From a virus, in the IMG/VR virus record IMGVR_UViG_3300028394_000066, positions 15,214 to 79,213 of that record: a stretch of 64,000 nucleotides of DNA; one strand, given 5' to 3'. The notes under the pieces are model-generated. The model saw only the letters and a list, made by a program, of their open reading frames with translations. It did no database searches and was not told where the DNA came from. Positions 58,142 through 64,000 of this stretch are shown here, one piece after another. The position numbers were made by a program, and so were the translations under genes. Positions within the stretch are counted from its first letter, which is position 1; each line of letters opens with the position of its first letter.

Positions 58142-58714
58142 TTGGCAGAATTAATTGACTCAACGGGAAAACCCCTTATAGGTTCTAAAACGATTGACGG
58201 ACCAGTCATACGTTTGTTGCGTTGTTTTGTGTGCGAAACCTGGGAAGAACTTCCCGATTATGAGGGGCCCTCTGACAAGGATTACCTGTTAGAGATTGCA
58301 ATTGAGAAGCACGTATTTCCGTCGGGTGACCCGCACGTAGGAAAACTGTTTAAGATTCCTGTAAAAACCTGGGCAAATGTCGAGCAGCGCAAAGCTGTTC
58401 TAGACAATCTAGGCGCAGGCTCACGAGGTCTTGATGACCTTGACCCTGACGCGTCATTTTACGATACAAAGATGACATTTGCGCAAGACGCCATGACGTG
58501 TTGGAAAGCCCACAACAAAGTAAAAGATAACTGCGAGGATTACGAATCTCCAAAGAAGCGCCTGTTGCCTAACACGGCAAAGGAGCGCGGTGATTTAGGG
58601 TTGCCAAAGCCAGAGCATTTGGATGGCCCAAAGATTTTTACCTGCCATTTCTGCCCAGTACACACGTCAGTGATTACTCGCCGTCGTATGCTGGCAGGGT
58701 TGTACGATAACTAA
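58142..58714 (+). CDS. Cys/His-rich (Zn-binding) protein
   Basis: CFVC...H...H...C..H.....C...CHFCPVH; RBS AAGGAG. Confidence 0.7.
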   Translation: MAELIDSTGKPLIGSKTIDGPVIRLLRCFVCETWEELPDYEGPSDKDYLLEIAIEKHVFPSGDPHVGKLFKIPVKTWANVEQRKAVLDNLGAGSRGLDDLDPDASFYDTKMTFAQDAMTCWKAHNKVKDNCEDYESPKKRLLPNTAKERGDLGLPKPEHLDGPKIFTCHFCPVHTSVITRRRMLAGLYDN

Positions 58715-58724
58715 GGAGCAAAAT

Positions 58725-59030
58725 ATGGAAAACAACAAGGAAGTAGAAGCCGCATACGTAGTGACCATTCACAAGGATGGAACATTTGCAGCGCACATGG
58801 AGCAGCCAGATGAGAAGTTTGTTGTAGAACGGGCCGCCACTGCGTACGACGTCCTGACCATTTCAGAAAACCTTGTAAAGGAGATTGAAATGGGACAGTT
58901 AACAGACCGCATTGTGATGTCAATCCTAACAGTTATGCAAGGCGCCGCCCAGCCCAGCACCGCATCCGCGGTAAAGGAGAAGCTAAAAGAGCGCGGTATT
59001 CACCCAGAAAGCGTGACCGAAGCCGAATAA
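58725..59030 (+). CDS. Hypothetical protein
   Basis: RBS AAGGAG. Confidence 0.65.
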   Translation: MENNKEVEAAYVVTIHKDGTFAAHMEQPDEKFVVERAATAYDVLTISENLVKEIEMGQLTDRIVMSILTVMQGAAQPSTASAVKEKLKERGIHPESVTEAE

Positions 59031-59039
59031 ACTTGTCAT

Positions 59040-59933
59040 ATGAATGATTTTGAGAGCCCGACAAGTTATTTCAGTGCCCCCGCATCGACATTGGACCCGA
59101 ACCTTTTTGAAGGACGGGTCCTTCGTTCGTGGGTACGTCAAGGCATCATGTCTCTTTTGTTGGATTTCCTCGAGATAAAATTCAGACACCCAGAGATTTG
59201 GTCGCACCCGTGGCTGGCTGGTTCTGGAGTGTCGTACCAATGGAGCGCAGCACGTCAGCCAGGAGATTTAGATTGCCTGGTAGGTGTTGATTTTGTTCAG
59301 TTCCGCAAGGCCAACCCAGAGTTTGGTGGACTGACGGACGGGGAAATTGCGGAAGAACTCAACGAAGAGTTTAGAGAAAACCTGCAACTACAGACAGATA
59401 ACTGGAACGGGTATGAGTTAACTTTTTATGTTAATCCTTCAGCCACAGACATTCGCTCCATTAAGCCGTACGCGGCGTATGATTTGAAGTATGACGATTG
59501 GACCGTAACACCAAATCCAGCGCAGCAGCCACCCACCGACGCCGAGTGGGAAAAGATTATAAAGAACGATTCTGATGTAGCAAACACGGTAACCAACCGT
59601 TTTAATGGAGCATTACAGGACGTTCAAACCACGCAAAGTGAGCCGATGAGACGCAACGCGGAGATAAAGCTGACCGCAGCAGCGGCCCAAGCAAATGCGC
59701 TGTATAACGAAATTCACAACAATAGGGCCCTAGCATTTTCCCCCCAAGGAGAGGGTTATGGAGATTTCCATAACTACAGGTGGCAAGCAGGTAAGGGTTA
59801 CGGAACAATTTCAAAGTTGCGAACAATACGCCAATACATGAAGAATTCATTGCAGAACAAAGATTTGTACGGAGTAGAGTTGCCAAATCACAGCACCCTA
59901 GTTCGCAGAGCAGCACTGTATAGGAACAAGTAG
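59040..59933 (+). CDS. Pol-beta superfamily nucleotidyltransferase
   Basis: LAGSGVSYQW.....GDLDCLV (hGS...DhD) and third acidic residue in YELTFYV. Confidence 0.72.
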   Translation: MNDFESPTSYFSAPASTLDPNLFEGRVLRSWVRQGIMSLLLDFLEIKFRHPEIWSHPWLAGSGVSYQWSAARQPGDLDCLVGVDFVQFRKANPEFGGLTDGEIAEELNEEFRENLQLQTDNWNGYELTFYVNPSATDIRSIKPYAAYDLKYDDWTVTPNPAQQPPTDAEWEKIIKNDSDVANTVTNRFNGALQDVQTTQSEPMRRNAEIKLTAAAAQANALYNEIHNNRALAFSPQGEGYGDFHNYRWQAGKGYGTISKLRTIRQYMKNSLQNKDLYGVELPNHSTLVRRAALYRNK

Positions 59934-60040
59934 TGTCAATAGTAGACTATTGTCATTTGTGCAGGCATGAATTGTACAAAGGAATATGCACGGAAGACTA
60001 TTGCAAATGTGATTGCAACGGAGAAGATTACGAGGATTAG
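59933..60040 (+). CDS. 35-aa Cys-rich microprotein, not in ORF track
   Basis: MSIVDYCHLCRHELYKGICTEDYCKCDCNGEDYED; TAGTG overlap. Confidence 0.55.
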   Translation: MSIVDYCHLCRHELYKGICTEDYCKCDCNGEDYED

Positions 60041-60043
60041 ACG

Positions 60044-60529
60044 ATGCAAATATTGGTGGATTTAGAAGGCGTACTTAAAGGAGATAAGGACCAACCCCTT
60101 TCACAGGGGATTGTAATGGTCGGTTCGTTGAGTGCCTGGAATAAAATTACGTTGATTTCTCCATTGAATGCCGAACAGACACGGCAGTGGTTAGACGTAA
60201 ATAAAGTTGTTGATTTCGATAAAGTGATTGATGCAAGTGTTGGTTTGGTTGGCGAAGAATTAGGAGAGCGCCAAGTAAATCACGCACGGTCATTGGGTGC
60301 AATTGATTTGTTTATTACGAACAACCCGACCCTGTGGGCGTATACGTTTAATCAGGGAATAGCGTCGGTAATGTTCGGCGTACCGTTGTATACTCGCCCA
60401 GAGTTCCGCCCAGACGCACCCAAGAGGTTACGCGCGTGGAACGACATTGAGAAAGCCGTAGAGGAGCAGAACGCACTAAGAACGCAGGATGCGCGGTTGC
60501 ACCGCACTGAGGCGTTGAATTTCGAATGA
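60044..60529 (+). CDS. HAD-superfamily-like protein
   Basis: N-terminal ILVDLEGVL (DxDxxL-like), TRQWL, LFITNNP. Confidence 0.6.
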   Translation: MQILVDLEGVLKGDKDQPLSQGIVMVGSLSAWNKITLISPLNAEQTRQWLDVNKVVDFDKVIDASVGLVGEELGERQVNHARSLGAIDLFITNNPTLWAYTFNQGIASVMFGVPLYTRPEFRPDAPKRLRAWNDIEKAVEEQNALRTQDARLHRTEALNFE

Positions 60530-62031
60530 CAGAAATCATATTTGGCGGTGTAGAGATTCCGTCAAACAGAACGTTACTGGAGCGCACAGGCGTTCAGAAC
60601 GTTATGTTAAACTACTGGGGACTGCGTAAGCGAGGATTGCCAAAGACAAAGCCGTATCTAATTGGAGAGCATTTCCTGCCACAGATGAAGGTGTGGGTAG
60701 ATTCAGGCGCAGTACAGGCCGATAAGGCAAACCTGTCGGAGCGAGAATTAGAAGAATACGTCGCAGATTACGAAGATTTTATTGCGATGAATTACGACCG
60801 CATCGAAGGGTTTACGGAGTTTGATTCGCAAACACTGGGATTACCAGCAATTGTACACAATAGAGCAGTGTACGAGAATGACCCAAAGTTGTGGGTAGTA
60901 TGGCATGAGACATACAGCATTTTGTTGTTGGATGATTGGGCCGCGCAATATCAAAACATTGCAATTCCAGGCACAGCGCTAGATTCTGTAACAACATTAG
61001 CAGGAGCAGTCCGAAGGATTAAAAGTGTACAAAATGTACAATTTCATGGGTTGGCCGCAGCCAAGCCAGATAACATTCGTTCCGTTCCACTAGACACGGT
61101 AAGCACATTATCGTGGTTATCACCAATGCGACGTGGAGAAACAATCGTTTGGGATAACGCAAAGTTGGTACGATACCCAAAAGGAATGAAGGACCAAGCC
61201 CGCAAGAGGTACAAGAGCGTGGTCGAGAAGGCGGGGTTAGATTTCACAAAGTTCGTCGACGATGACACAACGGAAGCAACAAAGGTTGCAATTTGGTCAT
61301 ATCTACAGTTAGAGAAAACAATGGTAAAGAAACAAAACAACCCTAATGGAGTCACCAATGGGCGCATAGTATCTGATAACAGTGACGACACACTATACAC
61401 AGGTTTGATGGAAACAGGTATAGGTGGTTCTAATAACAGTGGTACTGAGGTGCGGAAAGTTACGCGCACAGAAATAGTCCAAAGAGACCAAAATGAAGTC
61501 AGTCCACTCCCAGTATTTGGGTTTGAAATGAAGACAGTCGTAGAGACTGAAAACGGTCACGATGTGTTGAAAGATGTACCTGTTGTACAGTCACAGTACG
61601 GCAGTTTACGACAATGCAACACCTGTTTTGTGGCGTCTAATTGCCCAGCATTCAAGCCCGATAACTCGTGTGCGTTTAACCTGCCAGTAGAGGTAAAGAC
61701 AAAGGAGCAATTGAAGTCATTATTGACCGCAATTGTTGAAATGCAGGGCCAAAGAGTAGCGTTTATGCGGTTCGCAGAAGAAATGAACGGCGGTTATGCC
61801 GACCCTAATGTGTCTCAAGAGATAGACCGATTGTTTAAGTTGGTGGCCAATTTAAAGGACCTAGAAACCAACAAAGAGTTTGTACAAATCACAGCGTCAA
61901 GACAGACGAGCGGTGGAGTACTTAGTGCTATTTTTGGTGACCGTGCGCAGGCATTGCGCGAGATGGAACACCCAATTCTAGAAGAACAAACCACGATGAT
62001 TATCAAAGATTCTCTTGAAGGTACTATCTGA
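60526..62031 (+). CDS. TGT/DpdA-like TIM-barrel protein fused to Cys-rich C-terminal domain
   Basis: VMLNY, VWVDSGA, EFD, VWH, IAIPG, FHGLA, DTVSTLSW; C-terminal CNTC.....C........C. Confidence 0.6.
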   Translation: MTEIIFGGVEIPSNRTLLERTGVQNVMLNYWGLRKRGLPKTKPYLIGEHFLPQMKVWVDSGAVQADKANLSERELEEYVADYEDFIAMNYDRIEGFTEFDSQTLGLPAIVHNRAVYENDPKLWVVWHETYSILLLDDWAAQYQNIAIPGTALDSVTTLAGAVRRIKSVQNVQFHGLAAAKPDNIRSVPLDTVSTLSWLSPMRRGETIVWDNAKLVRYPKGMKDQARKRYKSVVEKAGLDFTKFVDDDTTEATKVAIWSYLQLEKTMVKKQNNPNGVTNGRIVSDNSDDTLYTGLMETGIGGSNNSGTEVRKVTRTEIVQRDQNEVSPLPVFGFEMKTVVETENGHDVLKDVPVVQSQYGSLRQCNTCFVASNCPAFKPDNSCAFNLPVEVKTKEQLKSLLTAIVEMQGQRVAFMRFAEEMNGGYADPNVSQEIDRLFKLVANLKDLETNKEFVQITASRQTSGGVLSAIFGDRAQALREMEHPILEEQTTMIIKDSLEGTI

Positions 62032-62091
62032 TAACAGTGGGTTACGATGGTAGGAACGTTACAGTCGCCAATACCGTCACCCAACACAAAC

Positions 62092-62120
62092 AATCGGGCC
62101 CCTATTACAGGGGCCCGATT
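62092..62120. terminator. Bidirectional terminator at convergence of + and - strand genes
   Basis: Perfect 12-bp stem AATCGGGCCCCT-ATTAC-AGGGGCCCGATT flanked by A- and T-rich runs. Confidence 0.8.
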
Positions 62121-62124
62121 ATTG

Positions 62125-62424
62125 TTAGTTACGAGGTGCGACTGGTGACTCAATGTCTAGTGGTTCAACCACGATGTTATACACACGACGATACGCGCGC
62201 AGCTCTGCAGGAGTTCGTCCTCCCCAGATGCCTATCTTTTCGTGTTTAACACCGTGCATGAAGCAGGCAAGAACAACAGGGCATGCACCACACAGTTCCT
62301 TAGCAGATGCCACAAGGTCCCAGTGGTCAGCCTTTCCATCAGGAAAGAACATGTCGGGGTTGTCAACCTTGCCGCATGCGGCCTGGGAGTAATCAATATC
62401 AATCTCAGTAAAGCCATCAATCAT
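62125..62424 (-). CDS. whiB: WhiB family transcription factor (second copy)
   Basis: QAAC...DMFFP...AKELCGACPVVLAC...GIWGG. Confidence 0.92.
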   Translation of the reverse strand: MIDGFTEIDIDYSQAACGKVDNPDMFFPDGKADHWDLVASAKELCGACPVVLACFMHGVKHEKIGIWGGRTPAELRAYRRVYNIVVEPLDIESPVAPRN

Positions 62425-62648
62425 CGTCGTCGACCTTTCTTTGTAATCTCAATAAACCCATTCATTCTCAAGTCCTTTTTGATATTCGCCAAGGCCCTCC
62501 AGTCCGAAGGAGTACTGGACGAGAAGAAGAGGCCCCCATTAGGGGACCTCCACTTCAAGTGGTTGTTGTTAGTAAGTTCAATTGCCCACCCTTGTTTCTG
62601 AGCAGTCTTAATTAGAACGTTTACGTCCTTACTTGTAGTCAGTCCCAT
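62421..62648 (-). CDS. HicA-like (dsRBD-fold) RNase
   Basis: LIKTAQKQGW.....NHLKW.SP.G.....STPSD..A..N....L...G. Confidence 0.7.
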   Translation of the reverse strand: MGLTTSKDVNVLIKTAQKQGWAIELTNNNHLKWRSPNGGLFFSSSTPSDWRALANIKKDLRMNGFIEITKKGRRR

Positions 62649-62770
62649 CAGTCTCCATTCTCGCATGCACCACAGAGATAGTCGCCCCCGTAGGGGTTAC
62701 CAATAAAGGTGCCATGCTTACAGCGGTAATTAGTGTTGGACAGGTCGTCTTCATCGAATAGCGGGTCCAT
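62648..62770 (-). CDS. 40-aa microprotein (CxH...CxxC)
   Basis: MDPLFDEDD...RCKHG...LCGACE; RBS AAGGAG. Confidence 0.65.
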   Translation of the reverse strand: MDPLFDEDDLSNTNYRCKHGTFIGNPYGGDYLCGACENGD

Positions 62771-62784
62771 TGTTTCTCCTTTGT

Positions 62785-62931
62785 TTATTTGCAGTCGCAT
62801 GGTTCAGGGTCGCAGAAGATGCACTCTGGCGTTACTTGACCAGTACCATCACACCAGATACAAACCAAGTCGGTATCTGTACCGCTACCTTCGCACCATA
62901 CACATTCAATTACAAATGTTGATTCGTTCAT
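62785..62931 (-). CDS. 48-aa DnaJ-type Zn-finger microprotein
   Basis: CVWCEGSG...CIWCDGTG...CIFC...CDC; RBS AAGGAG. Confidence 0.7.
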   Translation of the reverse strand: MNESTFVIECVWCEGSGTDTDLVCIWCDGTGQVTPECIFCDPEPCDCK

Positions 62932-62942
62932 TTGTTTCTCCT

Positions 62943-63152
62943 TTACTTGTAGCGGGATTCAAAGCGAGACCGTAGTTTCCACAAGTCATTCCCGTAAGCT
63001 GCGTGAGCTTCAAGGTCTTCCTCGCTAAGTAGTGAGGCGCAGTCTTCTAACCCACACTCACACACCTGGTGTTGCACTAGCCCTTGTAATGCCATTGATA
63101 TACATTCAATTACTAAGTACGTTTCATCGTTGCTCAAATTAAACTTGGGCAT
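62943..63152 (-). CDS. Hypothetical protein
   Basis: 69 aa; RBS AAGGAG. Confidence 0.7.
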   Translation of the reverse strand: MPKFNLSNDETYLVIECISMALQGLVQHQVCECGLEDCASLLSEEDLEAHAAYGNDLWKLRSRFESRYK

Positions 63153-63163
63153 TGGTTTCTCCT

Positions 63164-63334
63164 TTATTTGTAGCGGATATCAAGTAATTTAATTTGTTCT
63201 GGTGTTGCTACTTTAATCGCTTCATCAATGATTTCAAACATTTGTTCTTGAGTAAGTGTTGTTGTGTCTGCAAGAGACGGGTAGTCTCCTTTTATAACGT
63301 GAAAAGCTTCTGCGAAGTTTACTATTTGTTGCAT
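63164..63334 (-). CDS. 56-aa hypothetical protein
   Basis: MQQIVNFAEAF...DIRYK; RBS AAGGAG. Confidence 0.65.
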   Translation of the reverse strand: MQQIVNFAEAFHVIKGDYPSLADTTTLTQEQMFEIIDEAIKVATPEQIKLLDIRYK

Positions 63335-63345
63335 GTGTTTCTCCT

Positions 63346-63828
63346 TTATATAGGCCAGTAATATTCGTATTCAGTTATAGGGATACCAGAATCTTCAGGC
63401 CAACCAAATTGGCTGTACCATTCATAATTCTTGGCGAGTAATGCTTGTCGATGAGTCGCGGTTACGCGCTCAAGGGCGGATAGTTCAACCATCCAAGTGG
63501 GCAAGTCAGTATGCGCATCAAATACTTGGTTGATGTAATGGGTGATAGTGTTAGTCGCTTTGTCTGCAATGGTTGACTTATACCCACGTCGTTGCCACTC
63601 CTTTACCATGGAGAGTATGTATTGATACAGCACGCCTTCATGGTCACGCCACATCTTTACTGCAGGATGGTTGACCCATCCTTTGGGTACTCGTCGGTTG
63701 TTCTGTGGGTCGAGCTCAGTAAGTACCATGAGTATTTGCCAAGCTTCAAGCGCCTGTTTATGAAGTCGTTTGTTGTCTAGCACTTGTGCAGTTTCATCAA
63801 AGTCTGCGCTAGGTAAGAACGTTTGCAT
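63346..63828 (-). CDS. Pyrimidine-dimer DNA glycosylase (MSMEG_6728/DenV-like)
   Basis: MQTFLP..DF...A..LD.KRL.KQ..EA.QIL; W.NHPAV.MW; H...LL.K....Y; Y.WP. Confidence 0.85.
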   Translation of the reverse strand: MQTFLPSADFDETAQVLDNKRLHKQALEAWQILMVLTELDPQNNRRVPKGWVNHPAVKMWRDHEGVLYQYILSMVKEWQRRGYKSTIADKATNTITHYINQVFDAHTDLPTWMVELSALERVTATHRQALLAKNYEWYSQFGWPEDSGIPITEYEYYWPI

Positions 63829-63829
63829 A

Positions 63830-64000
63830 TTACCACCCCTCGTCTCGCATGCGGTCGCCCCAGGCATCGGGGTCAAATCCGAAGTCTTCCATGTCAACTT
63901 CAAATTCAACATTGCTATACTTTTTGCACGTAAGGCATTGCCACTCGGCACTCGCGTGGTTACCCCAGTGGTACGCCTCAAGGTCAGTTTGAATAGGCTT
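63830..64000 (-). CDS. Partial hypothetical protein (runs off window)
   Basis: Open frame ...WQCLTCKK...DRMRDEGW*. Confidence 0.5.
   Translation of the reverse strand, partial: KPIQTDLEAYHWGNHASAEWQCLTCKKYSNVEFEVDMEDFGFDPDAWGDRMRDEGW

Noticed and set aside
63829-63981. 51-aa N-terminal extension of the glycosylase in the ORF track
   Set aside because: Family starts at MQTFLP (63828); the upstream region is occupied by another ORF in a different frame
1-64000. tRNA genes, integrase, terminase, endolysin, inteins, stop-codon reassignment
   Set aside because: None recognised by eye; ORFs tile normally with the standard code; terminase and lysin probably lie outside the window (a tRNAscan run would be needed to exclude tRNAs)

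Overview
The window is a 64-kb segment of a tailed dsDNA phage with a contractile tail (myovirus), most likely infecting Actinobacteria: it has two WhiB genes and an MSMEG_6728-like pyrimidine-dimer glycosylase. The + strand carries these modules in order. (1) Head genes: portal, scaffold, N4-gp56-type major capsid, adaptor. (2) A collagen/glycine-rich fibre block with a GT2-TPR glycosyltransferase. (3) A translationally coupled chain of about 11 tiny Lys-rich, partly Cys-rich ORFs. (4) Tail and baseplate genes: sheath, tube, chaperone with a probable +1 frameshift, tape measure with M23 peptidase, hub, gp25, J-like, spike. (5) A replication/recombination module: HTH initiator, DnaC, DnaB, primase, SNF2 helicase, SSB, PolA, RecA, resolvases, Cas4-like nuclease. 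(6) SpoVS and a block of unknown low-complexity proteins. (7) A nucleotidyltransferase/HAD/TGT-fold cluster. After a bidirectional hairpin at about 62.1 kb, small early-type genes run on the - strand. The strongest candidates for novelty are a free-standing 29-aa ORF resembling the redox-active C-terminal tail of ribonucleotide reductase alpha, the NTase-HAD-TGT-like cassette, the basic/Cys-rich microprotein chain, nested ('Russian-doll') beta-domain insertions in the sheath and baseplate, and a collagen fibre paired with a glycosyltransferase. All calls come from motif recognition by eye; no searches were run.
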